A stretch of 63,088 nt of DNA from assembly GCF_001194135.2 (NCBI RefSeq), contig NC_068982.1:61786524-61849611 (forward strand), in the 5' to 3' direction. Within the stretch, counting starts at the first letter, position 1. Every line of letters starts with the position of its first letter. Positions 1 to 13,279 of the stretch are shown here, piece after piece. Position numbers and translations under genes: made by a program. The stretch comes from Octopus bimaculoides. Its lineage: Eukaryota. Under the pieces are notes generated by a model. It worked only from the letters and a program-made list of their open reading frames with translations. It had not been told where the DNA came from and ran no database searches.

Positions 1-431
1 TCTTCTTCTTCTTCTTCTTCTTCTTCTTCTTCTTCTTCTTCTTCTTCTTCACCTTCTTCTTCTTCTTCTTCTTCTTCTTCTTCTTCTTCTTCTTCTTCTT
101 CTTCTTCTTCTTGCTGCCGCTGCTGCTGACACTACCACTGTTACTACTGCCATTGCTGCTGTTGTTGCTGCCACTGCTGCCACTGCTCTCTCCGCTGTTG
201 CTGCTGCAGCTGCTATCGCTATTTTCGGCACTGCTACTGTTGCCACCGTTGTTGCCAGTGGCACTGCTGTAGCTGTTCTAGGTCCACTCCCTCTGCTGTC
301 ACCTCTGTCACCACTGCTGCTGACGCCACTAGTGCTGCTACCTCCACTTTCACCACTGCTGTCGTCTATGCCACAGCAACCACCACCACCACCACCACCA
401 CCACCACTATTGCAACTATTTCTCCCTCCCC

Positions 432-485
<54 letters not shown>

Positions 486-503
486 TTCTTCTTCTTCTTC
501 TTC
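1..503. repeat. Compound trinucleotide microsatellite/low-complexity tract (TCT)n, GCT/CAC-rich, (TAC)n
   Basis: Direct reading; it generates the poly-R, poly-P and poly-T ORFs at 49..264 and 332..550. Confidence 0.95.
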
Positions 504-905
504 ACAACCTACTGTTTCAATGCTCATATTTTGTTTCCCATTTCATGTGAGTGTAGAAAGAATAGGTCTGCAGTGTAGTTTTGACTTGTAGATAATCATT
601 CTCTTCACTATTGCACAATCATATTTGTACAGGTGGGGGAGGGGACACACAAATGTTCTTAGAGTGTATCTCACATCTTCATTTGACTTCCTTGATCTGC
701 CCAGAGCCACAACAAGTGTCTTATTTGATTTGTTTCACCCAAACATCCCCGAATTATAATATAACCCACTTTGTTCCCTGTAGACACTTCAAGAGGCTTC
801 CTTTTAATTACCTTCATTTTTATGAATGCTAAGAGCATTTTACCAAAATGCTGAATTAGACCACAGAATGCAGATACAAATTACTACGACAATCATTAAT
901 TTTCC

Positions 906-950
<45 letters not shown>

Positions 951-1371
951 ATGGGATCAGTGTTGTTGTTCAGCCCAAGGTCAGTTTATTAAAGACAGAG
1001 GAGCCTGACTGAAAGAATTCCTGCAATAGCCACTCTTCACTGTGTGCTGACAAAGGCCTGGGTTTACCAAAGCCTTGTGAAGAATTTGGTAGATATAAAC
1101 AGAAAGGAGTCTGTCATGTATATTATCATCATTTAAAATTAATTTTCCATGCTGGCATGGGTCAAACGGTTTGACAGGGGCTTGCAAGGCTGGAACTGCA
1201 GCAGACTCCATTGTCTGTTTCGATTTGGTTTGTACAGCTGGATGCCCTTCCTAGTGCCAACCACTTTACAGAGTGTACTTGGTACTTATAATGCAGCACC
1301 AGTACTGATAGGGTTACCAAGTACCTTGCAAGACAAAAATCTCTCAACTGTGATGGAGAGTACTATTGATC

Positions 1372-1388
1372 ATATCATCATCATCACC

Positions 1389-1420
<32 letters not shown>

Positions 1421-3180
1421 TTAATGTCTGTTTTCCATGCTAGTATAGATTGGATGGTTTGACAGGAGCAAGCCAGCCAGAAAGCTGCTCAGGCTTCATT
1501 TGTCTGTTTGGCATGTTTTCTACAGCTAGATGCTCTTCCTGATGACAATCACCTTACAGAGTGTCCTGGGTGCTTCTTGTGTGGAACTTGCATGGGTACT
1601 TTTACATTGTGTCGGCACAAGTGCTTTTTACGTGGTGCCAGTATGGGCTGTAAAGGACTTGCCTGTATGCATGAATAGTTGCAATTTTACTTAGCTTCAT
1701 GTGTCTTCTCAAGCACAGCAAATCACCATAAGTCTTGGTCTCTTGTCATCTCCTTAGTGAAGCCCAATTCTGGAAATCCTTTCTTACCACCTCATCCCAC
1801 ATCTTGGATCTACCCCTTCCACAGGTTCCCTTCACAATTAGATATTGACTCTTTTTTGTGCTGTTGTCCTCATCCAAACACATCACATGACCATACAAGC
1901 ACAGTTTTCTCTCTTGCACACAACATCTGAGGCCTCTCATACCCAGTTTTTCTCTTACATCATTTACGCACTGTCATACATGCACACTGGCATTAACCCA
2001 CCCAGTGGAGTATGCTGGCTTCATTTCTTTCAAGCCTTTTCAGGTTTTCTGTAGTTGCAGTCCATGTTTCACTGCCATGCAGCATAGCTGTATGTACACA
2101 GGTATCATATAATCTGCCTTTCACTCTTTGTTACCAACAAAGGTAGTAGCTCTCTGAACTTTTCCCAGCCTGTTCTTATTCTAGCAACTACACTCTCAGA
2201 ACTTCCTCCTCCACTGCGAACTTGGTAGCCTAGCTAATGGAAGCTATCTAGTACATCTATGGATCTCTCCGGGCATTTGGGGAAATCTTTACTCTGTTCA
2301 TTCTAAGTGTTTATGATACATGCACATCTGTCACACACAAAGATTACTTTCTCTGTTAACCTTCTTGAGATACTGCTGCACCTCTTATGTGTCCATAGCT
2401 TGCACTGGGTACACATTATGAAATTTCTACCAGCACATTTTCTATGTATTGAAGGGACTTGTCATTTGTTTGTTTTCTAAACTTACTAAGACTTTGGTCT
2501 TTGCTAAATTAATTCTAAGGCCCATTGATTCTAAACCTTGCTTCCACACCTGAAATTTCTTCTCTAGTTCTGGTAGTGTTTCAGCAATAAGGTGGAGGTG
2601 CGTGGCTTAGTGGTTAGGGTTTCAGCATCATGATCGTAAGATTGTGGTTTTGATTCGTGGACCGGGCGACGCGTTGTGTTCTTGAGTAAAACACTTTATT
2701 TCACGTTGCTCCAGTCCACTCAGCTGGCAAAAATGAGTAACGCTGCAATGGACTGGTGTCCCGTCCAGCTGGGGAACACATACGCCATAGAAACCGGGAA
2801 ACCGGGCCCATGAGTCTGGCTAGGCTTTAAAAGGGCGCATTTATTTTTATTATTTTCAGCAATAAGAACAAGGTCATCAGCATAGAGGAGCTCTCAAGGG
2901 TAGCCTGTCTTAAATTCCTCTGTTATGGCCCGGCAGATTATGATAAATGAAATGGGGCAGAAAACTGATCCTTGGTGAACTACTTGTACACTAAATTCAT
3001 TGCTATCTCATTGCCGACTTCACTTTACTGACAACATCCCTGTACATGGCTTGTACAGCTCTCACCAATCACTCATCAATACCTAGCTTTTGCATTGACC
3101 ACCAAATGAGGGAGCAGGAGACCCTGTCAAAAGCTTTCTCCAAGTCAACAAAAGCCAAGTACAGAAGTTTATTTGTTATT
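1372..3180 (-). mobile_element. 5'-truncated RTE-clade LINE (RT C-terminal half, 3' UTR and (ATG)n tail), interrupted by a SINE at 2592-2853
   Basis: The minus strand gives LYLAFVDLEKAFDRV (~3110-3170), an HQGS-like motif and ELLYADDLVLIAE (~2860-2900). Decayed RTE thumb region includes YGHVMC and GTCGRGRSKMWDEVV (ORF 1746..1940). The 3' tail ends in (ATG)n, read as (CAT)n on plus at 1372-1420. Confidence 0.85.
2592..2853 (+). mobile_element. tRNA-derived SINE (family C) with 13-bp target-site duplication
   Basis: A-box-like TGGCTTAGTGG and degenerate B box. Central ttgtgttcttgagtaaaacactttatttcacgttgctccagtccactcagctggc is shared with the copies at 25610, 32910, 39265 and 43790. TSD tttcagcaataag at 2579-2591 and 2854-2866; removing the insert rejoins the RTE frame. 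Confidence 0.9.
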
Positions 3181-3509
3181 GTCTCCTTGACATTGTGTGA
3201 ATATGGACATGGAAAAACGATGGTGAACAATGAAGATAATGTATCTAGCTTTACATTATTCAGCACATCCATTATAAGAGAGTATCTAATGGAAAATTGG
3301 TCACTCTTTCTAGCAGGCTGAGTGAATTTGTTGAGGTTGCCTTGTTGATTGATGGATGATGATTTTACAGTATATGGTGGAGATGACAAATGAACATGTT
3401 GTCACAAGCAACACAGATTCCATGGGGACAAATGGCAAGGAAATGGATTCGGAGAAACGAGACAGAATTACTTGAAGTGTGGACAATTCCCAGACGTGAA
3501 ATCATAATA

Positions 3510-4125
3510 TTGTTAGAAACACAGGGAAAGAAGAGAGGAAGAGAAGAAGGTGGAAGAAAGGAGGAGAAAGGGAGTGCTAGAGTAAAAGTAAAAGGAGAGA
3601 AGTAAGGAAGAAAATAGAGTAAAGTGTAGAATGGAACAGAAATGGAGAAGAATGTTAGAGAAAAGGATGAGGAGTAGGAGAGGAAGTTCGAGGAGGAGAG
3701 GATGAGAAGTAGGAAGAGAAGAAGCTGTGTTGTGGGAAGTAGAATAGAGAGATAGGAGGGAAGGAAGACGAGGAAGAAAGGCTAGAACAAGAAGGGAAAT
3801 GATATTGATAAGACATAGAAAATGAAGAGCAAGTGTAGTAGGAAGAGGAAGAGGAAGAAATAGTGAAATAGGAGGAGAGACGGGAGGAGTAGAGAGAGAA
3901 ACACAAAGCGACAGTATAGGATGATGATGATGATGTTGTTGATGATATTGGTGAATGGAAGTTTTAGAAGGAGGAGGAATTGGAGTGGTACATGGAAGAA
4001 GAGAAGGAAAACAGAACAGAAGGGTATGTGTGTGGAACACCAGAGAGAAAAGAAAATATGGAAGAGAAGAAGAAGAGCAAAGAGCAGTAGTAGAGAAGAA
4101 GAAGAAGAAAAGGAGGAAAGAGTGA
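3510..4125. repeat. GA-rich low-complexity tract
   Basis: Purine-rich degenerate GAG/GAA/AGG repeats; source of several spurious ORFs. Confidence 0.85.
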
Positions 4126-5225
4126 AATACATTTTTAATGCAATGAGGAAATTTATTTATGTTTATTATCTTCATTTATCAATTTACTTGTGCTCTTAGT
4201 CAAATACATAATTTCCAAGGACAGAGCTTTTATTCATTCATTCATCTGTGCCAAAGTCAATGATGCCAGACTGATTCAAATTCAGATGAGAAAGCCTGGA
4301 AGCCCTTGACATTGACCTAGTCCTGAGCTGGTGATGATGATGATGTATGAGAATGCGGAATGGAGAATTCCCACATAACATCCAAGAGAAATGTTATGCA
4401 TGTGGTCAACCGTCAAAAGAGAAGAGCACAGGATGAGAGCAAAAGATTGATATATTGATATATATATATATGTGTGTGCATGTGTGTGTGTGTGTGTATA
4501 TATNNNNNNNNNNNNNNNNNNNNNNNNNNNNNNNNNNNNNNNNNNNNNNNNNNNNNNNNNNNNNNNNNNNNNNNNNNNNNNNNNNNNNNNNNNNNNNNNN
4601 NNNNNNNNNNNNNNNNNNNNNNNNNNNNNNNNNNNNNNNNNNNNNNNNNNNNNNNNNNNNNNNNNNNNNNNNNNNNNNNNNNNNNNNNNNNNNNNNNNNN
4701 NNNNNNNNNNNNNNNNNNNNNNNNNNNNNNNNNNNNNNNNNNNNNNNNNNNNNNNNNNNNNNNNNNNNNNNNNNNNNNNNNNNNNNNATATATATATATA
4801 TATATATATATATATAACAAATAAATAGATAAATAGAGATAGAGAGAAGGGGAGAGAGAGGGAGCGAGTGAATGACAGAGTGAGAGAAAGAGAGAGAGAG
4901 CCTGGAAATTTGAATAATTGAATAATGTACTTCCTTGATTCTTTGAAGAATTAACCAAACAAGAACGATGATAGATAGTTGAGTTAAAGTTAATATTTTC
5001 AATGCACCAAGCATTAAAAGTCTAACTAGAAATAATTAAGTGGTCAGAAGATTTGAGGCCTTTTGGTAACAGTAAAAATCGTATTCTACACAGTGAGCAA
5101 AACACAAAAGGAACATGAGATACAATAAAATAAACCTCAAAACAAAACAAAATACCTTAACACAACTTCAAAAGTCAAGCTTGTACATATTTGTGGAACA
5201 TGATAGTAATAATAGTAATAATAAT

Positions 5226-5504
5226 CCTTACTACTATAGGTGCAAAGCCTGAAATTTTAGGGGAGGGAGACAGTTGATTATATTGATCCCCAGTACTTTC
5301 AAATTTTGGTACCAGGTCAGCAACTTTGGGGAGTGGTTAAATCAATTACATTGACCCTAGTGCTTAACTGGTGCTTATTTTATTGACCCCAACATGATGA
5401 AAGGCAAAGTTGACCTCAGTGGAATTTGAACTTTGAATGTAAAGACAGACAAAATGCTGCTAAACATTTCATCCAGTGTGTTGATGGTTCTGCTAACTAA
5501 CTGT
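5226..5504 (-). mobile_element. tRNA-derived SINE (family B, central gttgactttgcctttcatc...gataaaataagtaccag domain)
   Basis: The reverse complement matches the plus-strand copies at 45556 and 46005. The central domain resembles the Meta/MESC-type SINE core (from memory, not searched). Confidence 0.75.
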
Positions 5505-5535
5505 TTTAATAGTAAAAGTAATAGTAATAAAAATG

Positions 5536-5584
<49 letters not shown>

Positions 5585-6249
5585 TAATTAATATAGAAAG
5601 GATTGAGGTAACTCCTCCAGAAGACATAGAGTCAAAATTAAAAGAAGAGTGCCATTGTTATCTAGTGAACGATATTTCGACATCTTGTGTGTCTTCAACG
5701 GGTTCAAAAAATAAATTTGTTAATCTACTTCATTTTGGTTAATATAGAAAGGATTGAGGTAATAACATTACACTGTGAAATGTGGCACACTTTGGAACCT
5801 TGGTGTGCCAGAAGATACTCAGAGTCAATGAGAGGATTAACAGTTATTTTCAAAAAAGGGATAAGATCATGAGAAGTAAAATTGATATGCAGAAGTGTGA
5901 AAATATGGCGGGGTGGGAGGTGGGGGTGGGGGGCTTTGATATTTCAAGGAGACTTGCTCTCTCTATTACTTTTCATGATGGTGGTAATTCCTCTGACCAG
6001 CATACTGAAAAATTCCAGACCTGCTTATGAGCTTGCTGAAACTAGAGTGAAAATAAATCACCTGCTATACACTAACTATACACTAAGAAATGAAAGAAAA
6101 TCCTTGGATTCTCTTGTACATCATCATAATGATCATTTAACATCCGTTTTCCATGCTGGCATGGGATGGACGGTTTGACTGGGGTCTGGGAAGTCAGGAG
6201 GCCGCGCCAGGCTCCAATCTGATCTGGTAGTGTTTCTACAGCTAGTTGT

Positions 6250-6430
6250 AGGGAGGGTGTAAGTTGATTGTACTGATCCCAGTGTTTGACTGGTACTTAT
6301 TTTATAGGCCTCAAAAGGATGATAGGCAAAATGGACCTCGGCAGAATTTGAACTCAGAATGTAACCACAGACAACATGCTGCTAAGCATTTTGCCTAGCA
6401 TGCTAATGATTCTGCAAGCTCACTGCCTTA
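6250..6430 (-). mobile_element. SINE family B copy
   Basis: tgactggtacttatttt...gacctcggcagaatttgaactcagaatgtaac...ctaagcattttgcctagcatgctaatgattctgcaagctcac is the reverse complement of the family B head and core. Confidence 0.75.
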
Positions 6431-7085
6431 ATGGCTGTGCTCAATAAATACCTTAAGGTATTTTGTTCTAATATGTATAACATATGACATGCTAAATCTT
6501 AAAATCTATTAAATTAGTCATTTTGGCAAAATTATAAAATTATATAGATCCCTATGAGGCACAGGGATGCCAAGTAGACTCTGGACAGTTGCTATATATA
6601 TGCTTAAAGGCAGCAGTTAAATCTAGTACATATCACAATTCACTATTTTCTCAAAAAGGTAGGGCATATTAGATAATCTAGATCTAAATACATTAGACCT
6701 GAAAGAAAGACAAGATGATCACAGCTGAATCACTGGTGTTGGGATAAAAATAAAAACAGATTATGCTTTTGCAGACTGCAACCAATCTTATGTGCCATAA
6801 GTCTGTACCTCTAGGGTTAATCCTCAGTTAAAACAACAACAACAACAGCAGCACAGCAGCAACAATGATTACTACTACTACTACTACTATCTTATAAGCT
6901 GGTAGTGTAATACCTAAGCCATGTGTTTATTCTACTTCAGAATTTATCAACTTTCCAAGGTTGATCATATTGGCTCATCATTTTTGTGCTAGAATCATGA
7001 AAAAGCTAGTCTCTTTAAAAATAAATGTAATCAATTCAGATTCAAAGTATGTTTACAGAATTTAGTCATTAATGTCAACAATAAA

Positions 7086-7134
<49 letters not shown>

Positions 7135-7712
7135 TTTGTATGTCACAAAAATGGCTGTCTTCTTCAGAGTAGAAATATTAACAGGGTTTGTCATCAAAGG
7201 GTTAAAGTAATAGGGACAAATATACATAGCATCGTTCATCAATCAGAATGTTATAAAATGAAATAAAATAAATATACTTCTAATATATTGCAATTATCTT
7301 TGATATACAAATATGGTTGATATGAAGATTTTCGCTCAAATTTTGGAGGTAGAATCGTTTATTAATAAATATCAGCATTTATCAAAAGGCTTCAAATTAT
7401 CATCAAAATATTTCTTAAATTTTTCTATCATCTTCATCTATGTAACTTCCACAACTTAAAGTACAGACATCAAAACATAGACATCACTCAGTTATTATCT
7501 GTATCAGGACATGCACAGTTCCGATATTGTCAGCTTATTGTAGAAGTGAGGCGGGGATATACACTGTTACTGATGATGATTGAGAAATGGATAAGAAACC
7601 ATAAACTGTTCAGAGATTTTTAGATCTCCTGTCACAGTTGATCAATCTTATTTCCATCTGGACTCAATAAAAATGATCAATGTAATATTTCAGGATATGC
7701 ACACATACTCTA

Positions 7713-7765
<53 letters not shown>

Positions 7766-7877
7766 ACCCATTCTTTTTTCATTTCAAAATCATTGTGTGT
7801 GTGTGTGTTGGTATGTATGTATGTATGTATGTATGTATGTATGTGTGCATGCATGCATGTATCTATCTATCTATCTA

Positions 7878-7938
<61 letters not shown>

Positions 7939-8079
7939 TGACAGCTTCAGTGGAGTAAAATGTTTATGACAGAACCACAGCAGTTCACTCACTTGCAGGA
8001 AATATCAATCAATATTACAGCTCAAATGCAACTGCAAGCTAAACAAGGAGGATAAACATGCAAGCTGCTTGATACTGTC

Positions 8080-9048
8080 TTAGAAACTGACCCCCTGAGG
8101 AGGATTAGGGGCACCGAATTTAGCAGTTTGTTAATCACTTTTGAACTTTAGGATTATTTCAATATTTACGTATGTTGGATATGGATTGGAACTGATGTCT
8201 TGGAATGCTGCAGCTATTTCTGGATCTTGAGGTGCTGGACAAATATCAGGGTCACTGAGTAGTTGAGATATATCAATACCTCTCGGTCCACTACCTGGAC
8301 CACCAGCTCCTGGAAAACCAGGGAAACCACATGTGGCATGCCAAACCCACCTCCAGTAGAAGTACCTGAGCCACTTGATCCCGATTGACCATTAGCCTTT
8401 ACATATTCCTCCCTGTCTTTATGAATTCTTTCTTTCTGTTGTTTCATTTCTTTCATTTTATGTTTCAATTCATACTTATGCCTGTGTTCTTGGATCTTCT
8501 TGGTGTTTGGGGGAACCTCTTGTAACATTTTGTAAGCAACGTCATCATAGTCAAGTTTACAAGCAGTAGAGAGATCTTGGTAAGCCAGTTCCCATTTACC
8601 CAACAAACTGTGGGCCTTGCCTCACCATTTATAAGGTTGTGCTAAGTCTGGGTTGAGTAGAATGGCTTTCTCACAATCTTTGATTGCAGCATTAGGTTTT
8701 ACCATTTTGATAAAAACGGAGACCCCCTTAGCATACTGGTTAGATGATGTTGGGTTGTTCTGAATAGCAACGGTCAATAATTCAATAGCGTTTTCATAAT
8801 CTCTGCTAGTCATTGCATTTGTCATTTCCCAGTTCAGTCATTTCATCTGTAATTTCCAGGGTTTCATCCACAAACTTTTGTTTAATATCTTCATTGGCTT
8901 CTACAACACCAGTATTGTCCAGTTCAGTTTCACTCTCTTCACTTTCCTCAGGCACATTTTCTTAAGCTGCTTCTTCTTTTGGTTCCTCTGCTTCTGTAGT
9001 TGGAGGAGTTTCTTTTCAAGGAGCTTTAGTGGCTGCTTTTGTCTTGGC
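8080..9048 (-). pseudogene. ST13: Processed pseudogene of Hsc70-interacting protein (Hip/ST13), N-terminal dimerisation domain missing
   Basis: Contiguous, intronless translation: acidic ESEESETELDNTGVVE...EITDEM; TPR region AIELLTVAIQNNP...[52 protein letters not shown]; charged [13 protein letters not shown]; G/P-rich linker [10 protein letters not shown]; STI1/DP-like LLSDPD...[16 protein letters not shown]...NPKV...AKFGAPNP. Carries in-frame stops and several frameshifts. Confidence 0.92.
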
Positions 9049-10359
9049 CAGGATCTACCCATTCTAGCATGGAAGACAGATGTTAAATGATGATGATGAT
9101 GATGATTATATATATATCGTCGTCGTCGTTTAACATCCGCTTTCCATGCTAGCATGGGTTGGATGATTTGACTGAGGACTGGTGNNNNNNNNNNNNNNNN
9201 NNNNNNNNNNNNNNNNNNNNNNNNNNNNNNNNNNNNNNNNNNNNNNNNNNNNNNNNNNNNNNNNNNNNNNNNNNNNNNNNNNNNNNNNNNNNNNNNNNNN
9301 NNNNNNNNNNNNNNNNNNNNNNNNNNNNNNNNNNNNNNNNNNNNNNNNNNNNNNNNNNNNNNNNNNNNNNNNNNNNNNNNNNNNNNNNNNNNNNNNNNNN
9401 NNNNNNNNNNNNNNNNNNNNNNNNNNNNNNNNNNNNNNNNNNNNNNNNNNNNNNNNNNNNNNNNNNNNNNNNNNNNNNNNNNNNNNNNNNNNNNNNNNNN
9501 NNNNNNNNNNNNNNNNNNNNNNNNNNNNNNNNNNNNNNNNNNNNNNNNNNNNNNNNNNNNNNNNNNNNNNNNNNNNNNNNNNNNNNNNNNNNNNNNNNNN
9601 NNNNNNNNNNNNNNNNNNNNNNNNNNNNNNNNNNNNNNNNNNNNNNNNNNNNNNNNNNNNNNNNNNNNNNNNNNNNNNNNNNNNNNNNNNNNNNNNNNNN
9701 NNNNNNNNNNNNNNNNNNNNNNNNNNNNNNNNNNNNNNNNNNNNNNNNNNNNNNNNNNNNNNNNNNNNNNNNNNNNNNNNNNNNNNNNNNNNNNNNNNNN
9801 NNNNNNNNNNNNNNNNNNNNNNNNNNNNNNNNNNNNNNNNNNNNNNNNNNNNNNNNNNNNNNNNNNNNNNNNNNNNNNNNNNNNNNNNNNNNNNNNNNNN
9901 NNNNNNNNNNNNNNNNNNNNNNNNNNNNNNNNNNNNNNNNNNNNNNNNNNNNNNNNNNNNNNNNNNNNNNNNNNNNNNNNNNNNNNNNNNNNNNNNNNNN
10001 NNNNNNNNNNNNNNNNNNNNNNNNNNNNNNNNNNNNNNNNNNNNNNNNNNNNNNNNNNNNNNNNNNNNNNNNNNNNNNNNNNNNNNNNNNNNNNNNNNNN
10101 NNNNNNNNNNNNNNNNNNNNNNNNNNNTATATATATATATATATTATAGCTAGCTAGCTAGACAGATAGATAGATAGACAGACAGATAGATTGATATATA
10201 GATAAATGCAGGCATGGTGTGTAGTTAAGAAGCTTGCCTCCCAATTATGTTGTCTTCTGTTCTGTCATATGGCAGAGCACTTTGACGTAGTGTCTTCCAG
10301 CTCAGGGCTTACCAAAATGGATTTGATAGATGGAAATAGAAAGATGCCCATTCTATCTA

Positions 10360-10399
<40 letters not shown>

Positions 10400-10600
10400 G
10401 TTGTCTGTCTGTCTGTCTGTTTGTCTATCTGTCTGTCTGTCTGTCTGTCTGTATTGAATATATTTATATATGTGTGTGTGTATATAATTATNNNNNNNNN
10501 NNNNNNNNNNNNNNNNNNNNNNNNNNNNNNNNNNNNNNNNNNNNACTTACCACACAACCACTCCTAAGCCTATATATATATAAATATACGCAGATATACG

Positions 10601-10760
10601 ACGGGCTTCTTTCAGTTTCCGTCTACCAAATCCACTCACAAAGCTTTGGTCGGCCCGAGGCTATAGTAGAAGACACTTGCCCAAGGTGCCACACAGTGGG
10701 ACTGAACCTGTAACCATGTGTTTGGTAAGCAAGCTACTTACCACACAACCACTCCTAAGC
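10601..10760 (-). mobile_element. SINE family A head (tRNA-like + cttgggcaagtgtcttc core)
   Basis: Reverse complement of ggctgtgtggtaagtagcttgcttaccaa...aactgaaagaagcccgtcg, seen in about 20 copies in the window. Confidence 0.85.
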
Positions 10761-11047
10761 CTATATATATATAATATTATTAATAATAAAGAGTATGGTG
10801 ACTTGTACATCCACAAAATCTATTTTGTAGTTATATACAACATATAATGACCTACATGTGTTTCTGCTGCAGCAAGTACTTACTGTTGCAAATGCAATAT
10901 ATATATATATTATATTATAAAATAAGAGCAGGAAAATTACATCAAAAAATCATCAGAGAAGATATACGACTAAAATAATATTGCATTAATAATAAATGTA
11001 TAACTATATAAAATATGATTATTTAAAAAGTTTAAAAGTTTAAAATA

Positions 11048-11136
11048 TCTTACGATCGTTTCATGAATGTATTACCCTTTGAAATGGAATCTAAAATTCA
11101 TAATCATTACTAGGTAATACATTCACTCGTCAGAGA
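11048..11136 (-). ncRNA. Type I hammerhead ribozyme motif in the inverted Penelope pLTR
   Basis: Minus strand: TCT-CTGACGA-GTGAATGTATTACC-(loop)-GGTAATACATTCAT-GAAAC-GATC-GTA/AGA. Intact core, 14-bp stem II, palindromic ACGATCGT stem III, 3-bp stem I. Confidence 0.75.
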
Positions 11137-13190
11137 GAAAGGGGGTGAACTTCCGTGTAATCAATCGAATGCTATTTAAAAATATATGAAAAATGTTGTT
11201 TAAAAAGTTACTGGCATAGATATGCGTTGGTACAATCTTGTGCTAAAAATTTTGAAGAAATAATATACATCCGAGGTAAAATCCTCTGCGGTAATACATA
11301 ATGGCTGTGTGTAAATATAAATCCCATAATTCTGTTCTCTTCAATATGTGATCCATAAATGCAGAAAATAAAAGTAGTTAGATTTTGCCTTTTATAGTTG
11401 TATATACAAAACAGGAAGATATCATTGTTATATTTTATGTGAATGCAAAAATAGCCGTTTACTGCCCCAATATAGAGTAAATTAATGTAATATTTAAATT
11501 ATATTTAAAATCAGTTTGTTGTACCTTAGAGGCGTACAGGTTCACATTTCAGGAAGACATATTTCTGGCATTCATCCAATGGGTAATTTATATTATGTGA
11601 ATATGTGTTTACTCAAAATAATTCAAATTTAATTTTCTTTTTTTCTTACTTGTAACAATCCTACTATTATTATGATACCACTACATGAAAAATAAGAAAA
11701 AAAGATATTAATGTGAATCTTTACTTGATGATCTCTTATAGTGTTTAAAAGTTTTATAAAACCTATGTCTGCATGTGGATAATGCTTCCAATTGCCAGCT
11801 CTAACAGACGAAAACTTAATAAATATAAAAATAGTTTAAGAAATAATAATAACAACAATAATACTAGTTATGAAATATACAATAGTCCTAGAACACCAAA
11901 TAATACTCAACATAATACTAGTTCAATAGATAACATTACGAGAATACATAGCTATACTATAACAGTAACAAAATCTCAGCAGAATTCCAATAATCATACA
12001 TCTCAAAATATGCAATATGCTTTAGATAATCCAATACCACAATCTAATAACAATAATAACATACTAACAGTAAATATACCTAATTCTATTATAAATGATT
12101 CCACAACAAATTCAAATATAACACCACACACCATAACAAATAATCATAATAGTATTAAATATTATACCACAGAACAAAAACATACAACTAAATATTGCAC
12201 ATGTAAAAATAAAAGATCATGTTCTTTAGAAGGAAAATGTAGAAGGTTCAACGTGATATATAAGTGCACTGTTACAAAAACTGATAACTCACACAATATG
12301 GTATATATAGGGAGCTCTATTAACTTTAAGCAAAGATTTTTAGCATATATACATTCATTTAAACCAAATATAATGAGTAACACTACTTCATTGGCTACAT
12401 ATATACATAAACTCAAACAAAAAACATTAACTATAAATTATCCTGGTCAATCATTGACTCAGCTATACCATATACACATAAATCTTCTATCTGCCACCTT
12501 TGTACAAAAGAATTGCTATATATATTATTATATAAACAAAATAATTTAATTAATTGGCAATCAGAAGCATTATCCACATGTAGACATAGGTTTTATAAAA
12601 CTTTTAAACACTATAAGAGATCATCAAGTAAAGATTCACATTAATATCTTTTTTTCTTATTTTTCATGTAGTGGTATCATAATAATAGTAGGATTGTTAC
12701 AAGTAAGAAAAAAAGAAAATTAAATTTGAATTATTTTGAGTAAACACATATTCACATAATATAAATTACCCATTGGATGAATGCCAGAAATATGTCTTCC
12801 TGAAATGTGAACCTGTACGCCTCTAAGGTACAACAAACTGATTTTAAATATAATTTAAATATTACATTAATTTACTCTATATTGGGGCAGTAAATGGCTA
12901 TTTTTGCATTAGCATAAAATATAACAATGATATCTTCCAGTTTTGCTTATACAATTATAAAAGGCAAAATTTAACTACTTTTATTTTCTACATTTATGGA
13001 TCACATATTGAAGAGAACAGAATTATGGGATTTATATTTACACAGCAATTATGGATTACCACAGAGGATTTTACCACGGATGCACACGATTGTACCCATG
13101 CATATCTATGCCAGTAACTTTTTAAACAACATCTTTTTCATATATTTTTAAATAGCATTCAATTGACAACATGGAAGTTCATCCCCTTTC

Positions 13191-13279
13191 TCTCTGATGA
13201 GTGGTTGTATTATCTAATAACGATTATGAATTTTAGATTCCATTTCAAAGGGTAATACATTCATGAAACGATTGTAAGA
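13191..13279 (+). ncRNA. Type I hammerhead ribozyme motif in the Penelope 3' UTR (sense copy)
   Basis: TCT-CTGATGA(13194-13200)-GTGGTTGTATTATC...GGTAATACATTCAT-GAAAC(13265-69)-GATT-GTA/AGA. Stem II has one mismatch and wobbles. Confidence 0.65.

Noticed and set aside
2592-2660. SINE heads as tRNA genes
   Set aside because: They have A/B boxes but no complete cloverleaf and continue into SINE cores.
8214-8825. ORFs 8214..8606 and 8622..8825 as exons of a functional TPR gene
   Set aside because: They are separated only by an in-frame TGA, with no intron. Flanking frameshifts and stops mark a pseudogene.
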